Source of the DNA: Mobula hypostoma
Lineage: Eukaryota
Length of the DNA stretch: 64,000 nucleotides
Direction of reading: 5' to 3'
Assembly (NCBI RefSeq): GCF_963921235.1
Contig: NC_086118.1
Location: forward strand, 21,640,001-21,704,000
Made by a program: the position numbers and the translations under genes. Below the pieces are notes generated by a model. It ran no database searches and had not been told where the DNA came from. It was given only the letters and a program-made list of their open reading frames with translations. Of the stretch, positions 1 through 12,749 are shown piece by piece (the stretch's first letter is position 1; each line of letters opens with the position of its first letter).

Positions 1-692
1 TGGCAGGAAGGTCCTGGGTGACCAGCTCTTCTTTAATGTCTTCTGAGAGGCCAATCAGGAAGGTGTCGTGCTGTGCCTCTGAGTTCCAGCCACTAGAGGT
101 GGCTAGGGTACAGAACTCTATGGCATAATCTGACACAGATCTGCACCCCTGGTGCATGTGTAGCATTTCACGGGCAGCCTCTCTCCCACGTTTGGGGCAA
201 TCAAACACTTCTCTCACCTCCTGAGAAAATAACTGAAAACTGATGCAGAAAGGGGAGCCTGCCTCCCAGACGGCTGTTCCCCATTCTTTCACCCAACCGG
301 ACAGTTGGGTGATGATGTATGCCACCTTGGCTCAATCAGTCGGAAATGTTGTCGATTGTAATTCAAAAATGAGGGTGCGCTGGGCAAGAAAAGAGCAGCA
401 GGTACCGGGCTCACCTGCATACTTTTCTGGAGGAGGCAGATGGGGCTCTTGGACAGGAGGGGTGAGCGAGAACACAGAGGGCGGGGCAGAAGGTGCAGTC
501 GCAGAATATTGATGGGCGCTCTGGGCTCTGGGACAGTTGGAGTGACTGAGTCTGGGCCACAAGATCGGCTACATTGGCAGAAAGTGACTCCACTGCCCTG
601 AACATAGAGTCCAGCTGGTTCTGGTGTCTCCCCAGCATCACTCCCTGTTGTTCCAGGACAGCTCTCAGATGACCAGGGTCTGCTGGATCCAT
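1..692 (-). pseudogene. Retrotransposon gag (sushi/PEG10-like), disrupted by a frameshift and a stop
   Basis: MDPADPGHLRAVLEQQG... shifts frame into EPHLPPPEKYAGEPGTC...FPTD*AKVAYIITQLSG...SVSDYAIEF, typical retrotransposon capsid motifs. Confidence 0.8.
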
Positions 693-708
693 TCTGGCCA
701 GATTGTTC

Positions 709-1242
709 TGTCAGCATGCTGAAGCAGGAACCCAATCGCAGACCCAGTACTGTACACACTGTGATATTTACTGAGTAGCAAATCCAGAGGGGCAACAAAG
801 TCAGTGTCAAAGTTCAAGCAGAGATCAAAAATTCCAGAGAAATCCAAAAACCAGAATCGGGAAACAGGCAGAGTTGATATTTGGACAGACAGAGTTCAGA
901 TACAAATGTTGGAACAGCTCAGGAAAATTCACTGGCACAATCTGGCAACAAACAGGTGAAAACACAGGACTGAAATACACTGAGCAATAAACAGAGAGGC
1001 GGATGATAGGTGGAGCACAATGAGACACAGGTGGCAGCAAAACAGGTAATAATGAGAAACAGGTGAGAGGCTGAGTACTCAGTAATACCGGGGCCGGAGT
1101 AGAGGAGGAGCAGGAGCAGGAGCAGGGACAGGAGCACATGGGGCATGAAAACAAACAAGAGCACATGGCAATACAAAACCACAGACAGACGGCTAGGGGG
1201 GAAAACACACAAGAAGGCAGAATTCAGCTGGAGGCGCTGACA
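709..1242 (-). repeat. LTR (~534 bp) with an internal (GAGCAG)n tract
   Basis: 7-bp inverted termini TGTCAGC/GCTGACA; lies next to the PBS and gag. Confidence 0.8.
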
Positions 1243-1809
1243 TGTTCTGAGAACTAACATAGTCTCAATGTACAGATTGGCCTGTGGGAAGATGAGTGCC
1301 GGGTGGTTTTGCAACAGGAAGGCTGTTACTTGTGGGAATGCTAGAGACTAGTATTCTGCCCTTACTTTTTGTGGGTTATCTTAATGAATTACACTTCAAG
1401 GACTTGATAAGAAGTTCCAATGTTTGGTACAGAAATTGGTCATGTTCACGGTGAGAAGGAATATACAGATGGTCTGGTCAGTTGGTCAGAAAAGTAGCAA
1501 ATGGAACTTAATTGGAGAGATATGAGGTATTTCATTTGGGTAGGTGTAAGAAGGTAAGGCAATGCATAAAAAATGGAAGGATACCGAGAGATCTGTAGGA
1601 ATAATGGCAGCTTGGAGTATATATTCACAGATTCTTAAAGGTAGCAAAACAGTAATTAAGATAGTTAAAAATAAACACAAAATGCTTTCCTTAGTTGAGG
1701 TTTGAAAAAATTAGAACAGGGACATGATGCTAGAACTACAGCACTCGTTAGGAGGCAGCTTTTGTGTTGTCCACAGGTCTTGTCATATCCTTAAAGGAGG
1801 AATTTCCTT

Positions 1810-2069
1810 GTCTTTCTTCCTGAACCTCCTGTCCCATGATCCTCTCATACCCCTTTTGCCAATCACCTGTCCAGCTCTTGGCTCCATCCCTCCCCCTCCT
1901 GTCTTCTCCTATCATTTTGGATCTCCCCCTCCCCCTCCAACTTTCAAATCCCTTACTCACTCTTCCTTCAGTTAGTCCTGACGAAGGGTCTCGGCCTGAA
2001 ACGTCAACTGCGCCTCTTCCTATAGATGCTGCCTGGCCTGCTGCGTTCACCAGCAATTTTGATGTGTGT
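1810..2069 (+). mobile_element. Penelope-like element 3' terminus (pLTR)
   Basis: Highly similar to the termini at ~34540-34800 and ~58970-59208, which directly follow GIY-YIG C-terminal coding sequence. Confidence 0.8.
1974..2009 (+). ncRNA. Minimal type I hammerhead ribozyme motif (core intact, one stem I mismatch)
   Basis: agtc-CTGACGA-agggtctcggcct-GAAA-c-GTC-aact; predicted cleavage after C2005. Confidence 0.7.
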
Positions 2070-2625
2070 AATTTGATTGGTCTGGAGGGTTTTTACAGGG
2101 ATGTTGCCAGAACTGGAAATTTTTAGAAATGAGTTAAGATTGATTAGGTCGAGCATGTTTTTGTTCAAAACAGAGAAACTAAAGAGAGATTTAATTGAGT
2201 TGTTCAAAATTATTAGAGTCCGAGAAAGAATAAAAGGAAGATTCAGAGGGGCCAATAAACAAGGGACTTTATAGAAGGATTAAAGTAGAATTTAGGTTTT
2301 TTTTAACCTCAGGGGATGTAAGCATCTAGAACTCTGGAAAGAGTGTAAGGACAGAAAACCTTTTCACCTTTAAATAATGCTTGGAAGTATACTAAAAGAG
2401 TGTGACTCACTCTGGAAGAAGCAAATAGTCTGGCTGACTCTCTTTTGACAGGTGTGGACACGGTGGACCAAATCACCCTCCTCTGTGCTAGAAATGTTCT
2501 ATTTACGTATTCCTCAAAGGAGCCACAATTAACAAGAAAATCACGTCGTGAACTAGAAAAGTGGAAGATAAAAGGGCCACACAATTGTTTCATTCCTGTA
2601 TTTCTGAATTGGAGGGACACAACAC

Positions 2626-2874
2626 TGTTAAGTTTTGTAACTCCAGGTCTAATCAAAAGAAAAACACGGGAATCCGGAAAAATGTGTCTCCTTCATTTTT
2701 TCTTTTTTTGCTTTAGTGAGGCCCACACGTATGAAGTAATGGTGTAATGACGTATGCCAATCACATGCTTTTACATTTAACCCAGAAAGAATGATGGAAA
2801 CAACAAAGGATGCTCAATCAAACAATATATTTACAATATTATTCAAGTATTAATGAAATATTAAATATACAATA
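2626..2874. repeat. Possible solo LTR
   Basis: Ends TGTTA...CAATA, ~250 bp; the flanking 5-mers match only partly (aacac/gacat). Confidence 0.3.
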
Positions 2875-3719
2875 GACATGAATGACATTTAACATCTATT
2901 TATTGTTGACAATCCAAGTACTGCCATTCTGATGTACTTTGGCACAACCTGCGTCCACTCCATACAGCTGCAGTAATGTTGTCATCTGGAATCAGTCAAA
3001 AGAACATTGTTGTGGGAATAATTACTAAATATTACCCTTGGAGAAGTGCTCTATGTAACACATAAAAGGATAAAAGCCTGATTGCATTTATTTGTGCATA
3101 ATCTGGATATATGATCCATCAATCCACTCTAAACTCAAATTTTAAATGTCAACGTTACAGCTTCTCATGCTGAGTAGTATCTGATATAATGCTTGTTCCA
3201 TGATCCTGAAAGGGAACACTTTTTGTTACTCGGTACTGGAACTAGTCACCCCCTGAGCTAAAATTTTAGGGCCACTGTCATGTTACAAAATACACACCTA
3301 AATGCAAAATCTGAATGTTAAATTTGCACTTGTGGCATGAGTTGTTTATATTCATGACAGAAAATGGCTTTGCTATGACATGGGCTTAACACAGGTAAAT
3401 GGGACTACCTCAGACAGACATCTTGCTTGGTATTGAGGAATTGGCCCAAAAGGCTTTTTTTTTGTGTGTTGAATGACTCTGATTCTATGATACAACAACT
3501 CCAGTTTAATATTGAATGCGGAGTTCCATTGAGTACTGTGCATTGCACTTGTTACCTCTATTTCCTCTAAGTTCTCTCTATGTGGTTTTCCTTTGTTCTC
3601 CCTGCTGACCTATGTACTTGTCATATTCTCATCCCTCTCTCCCTCTCTCTCTCTCTCTCTCAGACACCCACACACAAGCAACACACATAAAACCCTTTAT
3701 TCTTTAACACCCTATCCCT

Positions 3720-3870
3720 GGCGTTTCAGGGTCATCAGTCCTGATGAAGAGTCTTGGCCCAAAATATAAACTGTTTACTCTTTTCCATAGATGCTGCCTG
3801 GCCTGCTGAGTTTCTCCAGCATTTTGTATGTATTGCTATGGATTTCCAGCACCTGAAAATATTCTCATGG
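3720..3870 (+). mobile_element. Degenerate Penelope-like terminus with decayed hammerhead motif
   Basis: cagtcctgatgaagagtcttggcccaaaa followed by gatgctgcctggcctgctgag. Confidence 0.7.
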
Positions 3871-4344
3871 TAGTGCATTTCTTACATAATGTCAGCATGT
3901 TTTATTGAGAACTCTCTTGTTTACTTAAAGTTCTATGAAAAGTTTTCCTCTATATTTGACTCTTTCATTCCTGGAGTTGGTCCCATTCAAATATAGACAA
4001 AATCTTTTACTAGACTAACTTAACTACCTAGAATCTGTTGCAAAATAAACATATAATGCAAAATTTGAATGCTACATTTGCATTTGTGATATATTTCTAT
4101 CCAGAAGAAATTGTTTACTTTGAGTGACATTGCTAATCTAGTTTTGAAGATGTGCTGAAATTTAGCTTTCAGCTGTTTATTTAGCTTGGGACTGGAGAAG
4201 TGCCTTGGATTCAATCCCTGCTACCTTGGTCAACAGGTTCACAGTTATACTCAACCAAATATTTGTGGAGTTAAGGGGAAAAAGAGATAACGTCCCTGTA
4301 TTTCTGGAGACCAAAGAGATTTCAGATGCTGTATTCTGGAGCAA

Positions 4345-4625
4345 AAAACTCCAGCAAAAGAGCATAAGAAGCAGGAGCAAGAGTAGTCCATGAGGCCCAT
4401 CAAAGCTGCTCAGCCATTCAATAAGATCATGGCTGATCTAGTCAAGGAATCAGCTCCACCTTCCTGTCTTTTCCCCATAGGCCTTAATTCCCCCGCTATG
4501 CAGAAATCCACCTAACTGTTTCATAAATATATTTAATGAGGTTGCCTCTACTGCTTCCCTGGGCTGAGAATTCCACAGATTCGCTATCTCTGGGAAAAGT
4601 AATTCTTCTCATCTCTGTCCTGAAT
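4345..4625 (-). mobile_element. CR1 LINE 3' tail
   Basis: cataagaagcaggagcaa...cagccattcaataagatcatggctgatc resembles the CR1 tail at 51921. Confidence 0.65.
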
Positions 4626-4739
4626 CATTTCCGCGATCTTGCTGATGTTGAGTGTGAGGTTATCATTGTGACGCTGCTTGACCAGACAATCTGTTTCACT
4701 CCTAACTCTATTCCCCTGAGCTCCCGCAGATTGTCTATT

Positions 4740-6880
4740 TCTTCAGAATCAGGATGAGGATTGTTGTTTTACGGCAGCAGTACCGTGCAAAGGTTACAAT
4801 AAATTGCAGACATAAATAAATGGAGCGAATGAAAGGAGTACTGAGGTAGTTTTCAGAAATCTGACGGTGAAGGGGAAGAAGTTGTTCCTAATTTATTGAG
4901 TGCGGGTCTTTAGGCCACTGTACCTCCTCCTTGATGGCAGTAGTGAGAAGAGATTGTGTCCCAGGCGTTTTGTAATGAATGGTATCTTCTTGAGGCACCG
5001 CCTCTTCGAGATGCCCTCGATAGTGGGGAGGGATTGTGTCCATGATGGAGTTGGCTGCGTCTGTAGCCCTCAGCAGCCTCTCGCAAATGTGTGCACTGGA
5101 GCTCTGTACTGGATTGCAACGCAGCCGCGCAGAACTACCTCCATCATACATGTGTAGGCATTTACAAAAGACTTTGATGACGTATCACCCGGACAGATGC
5201 TGGTGACCTTTTACTGCTGCACCATTGAGAGCATCTTAGCATACTGCATCTCTGCGTGGTATCTCAGTTCAGCAGCTGATAGGAAAGCACTTCAGCAGGT
5301 CGTCTGTAGCGCACAGAAGATCATCGGGACACAGCTCCCAGCCCTGGAGGCCACCTACAGCTCACGCTGCCTAAGGAAAGCTACAAGCATCTGTAAGGAC
5401 AATCATCTGTTTGATTTGTTCCATCTGGCAGACGTTATACGATTTTCTATGCCCGCACTTCCAGACTGAAAAATAGTCTTTTCCCCAGAGCTATAATTGC
5501 TCTGAACCAATCGATCAAGCATCATCCATAAATTGTTATATTGCTACTTTAATACTGGTTTTATGGCTGCCATGCATCTGAGTTGTGCTTTTGTACTGCT
5601 GGGCGTTGCTTGTACTGGCTGGTTACTTGATTTTATTTATTGTTTATTTATTTTATTTGTTGTTTTTAGCATTGAGTGCAAGAGTTGCAAACTCGTTTTC
5701 GCTGTATTGGTGCATGACAAATTGTACTAAGCAATGACCATAAAGATACTTCATTTCATTTCATCAAATCTCCTCAAATGTCTATTGAAGTAGAGCTGCG
5801 GTACTAGCAGGACCTCTTCATGATTGCGTCAATGCGCTAGGCCCAGGACAGATGCTCAGAGATGGTGTCACCCGGGAACCTGAAGCTGCTCACCCTTTTC
5901 ACTGCTGACCACTCAGTGAGGATTGGTGCATGTCCTCTCGGCTTCTCCCTTTCTGAAGTAGGCAGTCAATTCTGTGATCTTGCTGATGTTGGGTGTGAAG
6001 TTGACACTGTGACGCTGCTTGACTAGACAATCTGTCTCTCGTCATCATCTGAGATTCTGTGAGCAGTGGCGTCACGGGTAAGTTTATACCGTAAATGACT
6101 TTTGCGCTGCACTTAGCCACCCAGTCAAGAGTGTAGAGAGAGTAGAACGGTGGACTAAGCAAGGATTCTTGAGGTGCACTTGTGTTGATTGCTTGCAAAT
6201 TGGAGGAGATGCTATCAGGTGGTCTTGCAATAAGGATGTTTTGGATCCAGTTGCAGAGGGAGGTACAGGGGTTTTGAAACTTAATGAAAAATACTGAGGG
6301 ACTGGTGGTGTTGAATGATGAGCTGTGGTTGATAACCAACAGCTTGATGTATATTTTGTGGTTGTCTAGATGTTCCAAAGCGGAGCAGAGAGGCAGTGAA
6401 ATTGTTGTGACACAGGTGAATTGCAGTGGGTTCAGGTCCTTGCTCAGGCTGGGAGTTAATTCTAGCCATAACCAACCTCTCAAAGCACTTCATCGCAGTA
6501 GATGTGAGTGCCACCAGGCAATTATCACTGAGGCAGCTCACCCTGCTCTTCTTGGGCATCAGTATGATCACTTTGAAGCAGGTGAAAACCTTTGACTGCA
6601 GTAGTGAGAGGCTGAAGATGTCTTGAACACCCCAGTCAGCTGCACCGCTGGAGACGGAGGCCTCATGAGGGTTCACTCCCTTGAAGGATGTTCTAACATT
6701 GGTCTCCTAGACAGAGGTCATGGGCTGCCGGATGCTTTGGTGACTATGGTGTAGTGTCATTCTCCCTTTCAAGGTGTGCATAAGAAGCACTGAGCTCACT
6801 GAGGTAGTGTGCGGTGCTGCTGTTTACACTTTTAGGTATCACATTATGCAAACTCTGCATCAGCTGCCGTGCACCGGATT
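4740..6880 (-). mobile_element. Rex/Babar-type LINE RT fragment, with a second copy nested at ~5188-5762 on the + strand
   Basis: Motifs IILMPKK, VALTSTAMKCFERLV, LNPLQF, NTSAPQ..LSP; the nested piece encodes TFYCCTIESIL and ends in a (TTTCA)n tail. Confidence 0.75.
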
Positions 6881-7034
6881 GAGTCTCCAGCTTCACACGG
6901 GAATACACCTGTGATTTCTTCAGCAGATGTTTTGTTGCTCCCTGTACTCTTCTAAGATTCTTCCTCCAGGTTCATCAGTGGAGGACGTGCCGTCCATGAC
7001 TCAAGATATCAATTAAAATGACCTCCCTTGGTCA

Positions 7035-7230
7035 TCAAAAGAACTGCAGATGCTGAACATTTGAAATAAAAACAGAAAATGATTGAAGAGCAGGCCGCTG
7101 TGGAAAAAGAATTAATCTGCTCTGGTGAAGTTCTTATGAAGGGTCCTGGATATTACATGGGAAAGGTTTCTCTTTCTATAGATGCTGCCTGCCCTGCTGA
7201 GTATTCCCAGCATTTTTTTGTTTTTATTTC
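7035..7230. mobile_element. Old inverted pair of Penelope-like termini
   Basis: ctgcagatgctg on the left; tgaagggtc...tagatgctgcctgccctgctgag on the right. Confidence 0.5.
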
Positions 7231-7952
7231 TTTTAGTCATTTGCCCTCATATCATCATGTGCAAGTCTTAGTCAAATTTTGTTTGATCAGGTTCCTCAGA
7301 GGTACCTTGGGTTGCTTTATAGTGTTAAAGGTACTTAGCATATGCAAGTTGTTATTTTTAGTACAGTGACCTTTCGTTTTCCACTTTCTTCAGGCTGGAA
7401 ACAAAGCAATTCATGCAAATTTCTTTTTGGTCAATTCATTATGTATAGTCATGACATTTAAGGAACAATCCAACCTCAATTCAATAGGTCACTGTGTTCA
7501 TTCAGTTTAGTTTGGCTCTCATCCTAAATGCATATAATTGCTTGAGAAGTGTGGGAATCTGGCAATCACAGCATATGTATGTAGAATGAGATATTTGCCA
7601 AAGGACAGAATAATATCTATCATAATGTAATACATTATGTAAGAGGACACAATAGTAAAGAGAAGTAATTAGTACATTTTTAAAGAGGCTTCAAAAGCAA
7701 ACAGAATTGGGGATGTAAACTTTTGATTGAGCAAACAATTTTAAAAAAAAAGTAATATCTTGATAAATATAAGAAGCAAGGAATTAATGCCTTTATAAGC
7801 TGCCAGCATAGTAGGATGGATCTGATGTTGCATTTAAGATGGCAGATTATGAAGCAGCATCCACCTTACATCTCTCCTAGTTTCCACTTCCAATGACTTC
7901 AGTCTGAATAAAATGTTCAAAAAGCATGTTAAGAGAATGGGGAGGGTGCAAG

Positions 7953-8295
7953 CAGTATTCCCTCTAATTTGTAATGACCAGTGTGTGCAAAAGTCCTGCA
8001 CTGAGCAATTTTTTGCCCAGTGACAGGTGCACACTGAATACTTTCTTCAATAAAAGCATTATAAATAAGACAGTTCTAAAACCTGCAGACAAATCATCGC
8101 AAACTCTATGTTATCAACATCATCTGCATCAGAAACCAGAAAAGGAAATGTGATTGTGTACGAACGTGAAATATACTTAACATGCCAACGAGGTAGAGGG
8201 TGACAACCTCTTTTGTGCGCAGATTAAATTCTTTTGTGCGCTAGTAGCAAAAGGTGTGTGCGCATGTACACGTGCACACCTCAGAGGGAACACTG
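7953..8295. mobile_element. Non-autonomous hAT DNA transposon (MITE)
   Basis: TIRs CAGTATTCCCTCT / AGAGGGAACACTG; perfect 8-bp TSD GGTGCAAG at 7945-7952 and 8296-8303. Confidence 0.9.
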
Positions 8296-8479
8296 GGTGC
8301 AAGGCTTGTTATTGGTGATGAGTCCTCTTCAGAGTAGTGAAGGTTTGAAGAGCCCTAAGAGAGAGGCTAGAAAAGATGAGGGATTTTGACTTAAGAAGGA
8401 AAACTGTTTCCACTGACAGGAGGGTCAATAACCACAGATAACAGACTTGGCAAACATGTTTGCAAAAGGATAATTTGCA

Positions 8480-9290
8480 AGGTTATGTTGATATGGTGTC
8501 ATGACAACTACGTTTCACTCAATGTTAACAAAATGAAAGAGAAGGTTATTGACTTTGGAAAGGAGGTAGTGCACATGCTCCTATCTACATCGATGTTGTT
8601 TGAGAGCTACAAATTCCCAGGTGTGGACATCACCAATAGCCTGTGCTGACCCAATCACATTGATGCCATGGCCAAGAAAGTTCACCAGCACCTCTACTTC
8701 CTCAGGAGGCTAAAGAAATTCAGCCCCCACCCATTGACTCGTACCAATTTTTATTGATGCACCATGGAAAACATTCTGTCTGGATGCAGAATGGGTTGTA
8801 TAGCCCTCTCTTTGTGTGACCACAAGAAATTGCAGAGAGTTGTGGACAGAGCTCAGTACATCACAGGCACCAGTGTCCCCTTTATGGACTCTGTGCATAC
8901 CTCTCATTACCGCAGTAAAGCAGTCAGCATATCCAAAGACCTCAACCGCTCCGAACATTCTCCCTTCTCCTCCTCTCATTGGCCAGAAGATACAGAAACC
9001 TGAAAGCATGGACCATCAGACTTAAGGACAGCAACTATCCCACTGTTAGCAGACTCTTGAATGGGCTTCTTTTCGATAAGATGGCCTCTTGGCTTTACAG
9101 TTTACCTCATTATAATCTTGCACTTTATTGTTTGCCTGCACTGCACTTTTTTGGTAGCTTTTACACTTTATTTTGCATTGTTATTGACTTACTTTATTCT
9201 AGCTCAATGCACAGCGTAATGATTTGATCTGTATGAGCAGTATGCAATACAAGTTTTTTAGTGTATCTAAGTACCATGCCATAATAAATC
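8480..9290 (+). mobile_element. Rex/Babar-type LINE 3' fragment
   Basis: LYFLRRLKKF, MENILSGC, KKLQRVV and TIRLKDSNYP motifs followed by the 3' UTR. Confidence 0.75.
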
Positions 9291-12200
9291 AAACAGCAAA
9301 AATAAAAGCCAAGGAGCTGAAAGGAGAACCAATAAAGTAGCTAGTTTGAAGAATAAGATGGATTTCTCTGCTATGAAGTCCAATGATTCCATAAATTTTT
9401 CATCTTAAGTAACATTCATTTCCACCCCCATCTCCCCAGAGTATTTGCTTTACCACTACAGATGACATTTGTGAAATTTGGAGAGTGGTTGGATGCATAT
9501 TTAGAATTGTATAGGAGAATCAGCTTCTGGAGCTCCCCTGTGGCCACAGGGTAGTCTTCAGTCAGACTGGAGAGTGTGAATGAGGAGAAAAGTCGTCAGT
9601 TACGGTAAAGGTTTGAGACAGTCATGACAGAACTAGGGCAGCCAAAGCTACAGTATATTTAAGTGTTGTGGAGGGTTCCTTGCAAACTTTGCTGTTTAAA
9701 ATCATATCAGTTCCCCTTCAGTGTATAAAATTCTCTCCAGCCTCATCTTCAACTCCTCCATCATGTCTTGGGGAAGGTGATTTAGTGTAGTGCATTCCAT
9801 TACCTCAAAAATGCACAAGCTGGGACATATAGAAGTTGTATTTTATGAGATGTGGCATAATTATTAATTTTCAGCAAGAAAATTAATTCAGTGCTGTGGC
9901 CTCCAGAAAAAAATATTGGACAAGAGAGGTCTGTGTTTTATTGGACCTCAGTGAAAGAGATGTATGTGATTGTAAAATGATTGACTGATTTATATCAAGC
10001 TAAGGGAAAAGGAAAGGCTAACATAAAACATAGGTAAGAACATTGAAACAGCCATTCCTTTGGTTATAGTTTGTTATTCAGATACTCAGAAAATGACACA
10101 GAACACTTCGTTCATTTGAATGCTCCGTATTTTCCCCAGTATTTATTGATTCTGAGCCCAGACATCTGGCTTGAATAACAGGCCTGATACAGTCCATAAA
10201 CTGAGAAATTCAACCCTTTGGATAGGACAGAACACCAAAATGAGTCATTGTTTTATAATGTAATTGTTTCAGTTGTATGTCATGTGGATGACTGAAAGGA
10301 GCACATTGAAGCTTTCAGCCAATGCACTCTGGCATGAATATGTGGAATTGTTATCCACATATGTAACTGACCTGCTTCTTGAGTCTTAGTAATCTTTCAA
10401 TAGAAGTTCTTAAATAAGTCTTACCATTTACCTCAGCAAACTTCAGATTAATTAAGGATTTTAAAACTTAATGGATGTTTCATATGTGTAGTGTCATTAA
10501 ATTGAATCTTTTGTTACATTCCATTGAAACTAGAATGAACAAGAACAAGAAGCCAATGATGAAACACGCAGGGTATTTGCGAAGGCCACAGTGGGAGTTA
10601 TGCCAAGCTGTGCAAAAGAGAAAAGCCATTGGAACAGTAGAAAGAGGTACTTGTAATTTCTTAGTTATCATCCCGGGGAGAAGAGGACTATTGTCATACA
10701 AGTCCTGTACCTTAACAGGTTAAAATGCCAAAGCTTCAGCCAATCATTTTCGTATTTGGTGGTTCCTTCGCTCTCGTTTTGTTCATGAGCAAGAGATGGA
10801 AAATATGCACTCCCTCAAAACAGCTTTATATGGATGAGTTGATGACTCAAGAGAGATATTTAATATCTACATCAAAAGAGATGCAGATTTCCATCTTGGG
10901 GTCAGGGCTATGTTTGTGTGATGGAGTTTGTGGAGTATCTTGCTTGACTTCACGGCAGGAAAGAATGCATGGCACTGAGATACCTCAAAAAAAGAGTAGA
11001 GATGTAAAAAGATTGTAGGATATCAATTGTGTTTGAACTGATTATTTACTTTCTTAACTTAACTACTCATTGGCAAGAGAAGTTTATTTTTTTCCGTAAA
11101 ATAATTCTCGGTTGTATTTTACAATTCCAAAGATGTGAGTGCGGATTTTAAAGTTCTACAAGTGGTCCAGTACAAAAATATATTATAAGGCAGAACGTAT
11201 GACTATGTTTGGTTTTGCCAAGTATTTGAACCATTCAAACTTTTGACTTTGCTAATGTTCTTCTGGGACCACCATTTAATTTAGTTCATTTCAGTCCTGT
11301 GTGTGATCAGCTTTTCAACTCCAATTTAGGCAAAAATATTCATTCTGTAGAAAAAAGTCTGCAAATTGTGTGAAATACTAGAACTTGGACTACATCCCAA
11401 GTAAAAGTCCTGGATTCCCTCAAATGAGGATATAACATTCATTTTAGTATGGTGTCACCTCTCTGTTTAACTTGCACAAACAGAGAAGTTGTACTGATTA
11501 TCACTTTGTTTCATTGCCAAAAACTTAATTTAGTCACAAATTAAATATTCCCTTCACAGTTGTATTCTCTCACCATTGAGACTTCCTTGAGTTATTCCTT
11601 CCCAAGCATTTTCCTGGAGTCAGCAAGACATGGAAGGTCTATTGCATGCACTGAATACTGAACTTCACCACAGACCTACGAGTCTGTCTTTTGGCATGCC
11701 ACATGTTTGGATATAAAGCAAGAAAAGTCTTAATGGACAAGATTTCTTCTTTCTTCCACATGATTCAGTAAGAGGGTGTGATTTGTCACAAGGCTGAATT
11801 AAAGTGAGCGTACTTTTTGGAAGGAATCACTTAACTCAGAGCTCAGAATTACTTCAACAGCACCCTGGGAACCTTTTGCCGAGTGGAACAAAACAAGTAA
11901 CTTCACGGGATCCCATCACATCCAGAATCATGCATCACTACAACACAGATAGATATTATTGTTGCTTTAACTTTGCCACATCAACTTGTTCGAATTGCTG
12001 ACCTAACATATGCAAAGAGTAGCATCCTCACCAAGAATTGACAGTGCAAAATGGGTCACTTCATATTATTGTGCTGCAGTTTTAGAAGTTACAGCTTGTT
12101 TTTCTCCCCTTTGGAGAAAAACTACTCTGACAAAAATGTTGAATGAATTGCTGCTTATCTTGAGTAATGCCCGTCTGTACTCTCTCCTCACTACCTACCC

Positions 12201-12419
12201 ATGAAGATTAGTTAACTTTGTGCCTTCCCCTGTGGGAACTATAAATGCCCTCTGATATCGACCAGGGTTATAGAGATTGAAACAGCATGGAAACAGCCCT
12301 TTTGCTTCCTGAGTCAACAGTGACGATCAATCTCCACTAACTCTGCACTAATCCTACATCAATATCATATTTTACTGTCATCACATTCTCATCAGTTTCC
12401 CAAGCCATCACTCACCCAC

Positions 12420-12606
12420 GCACTTGGTTGAATTTACAGTTAACTATTTATCTTCCAATCTGCATGCCTTTGGGATGCAGGAGGAAACAGGGCCCCCCAG
12501 GGGAAATGCAGACAGTCGAAGAGTGAACATGACCGGGCCTGAGGTCGGGATTGAACGTGGATCTCTGGAATTGTATGGTTGCAACCCTACTAGCTGCACC
12601 ACCCTG
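12420..12606 (-). mobile_element. tRNA-derived (V-type) SINE fragment
   Basis: B box GTTCAATCC on the minus strand (~12548-12556) after an A-box-like ggtgcagctag. Confidence 0.55.
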
Positions 12607-12749
12607 TCATCCTGGATATTGTGCAACTTCACTCCACAGCTTCTGATTGTTTCAGCATTCTGCGGCTCTAACTAAACAGGTATTTTTCATTTGACTTTAG
12701 TCAATTATACTTTAGCACTCCCCTCAATCCGAGGTACCTGGCCTCCTTC

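Larger units (their letters stand above)
1..1242 (-). mobile_element. 5' portion of a Ty3/Gypsy (Tf1/sushi-type) LTR retrotransposon: 5' LTR, PBS and decayed gag; continues off the left edge
   Basis: LTR 709-1242 bounded by TGTCAGC...GCTGACA; gag ATG at 692 on the minus strand, 16 bp inside the LTR end. Confidence 0.85.
1440..2400 (+). mobile_element. Old CR1 LINE 3' fragment, interrupted by a Penelope-like terminus
   Basis: Degenerate CR1 ORF2 C-terminal motifs (KLKRDLIELFKII in ORF 2077-2274). Confidence 0.55.

Noticed and set aside
1..692. Domesticated PEG10/RTL1-like gene
   Set aside because: The gag has a stop and a frameshift and still sits beside its LTR and PBS; it is an ordinary decayed retrotransposon.
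1748..2126. Recurrent ORFs such as MLVNAAGQAAS... and ...PLPIDAAWPAAF as a multi-copy gene family
   Set aside because: They are incidental translations of the non-coding Penelope-like terminus on both strands.
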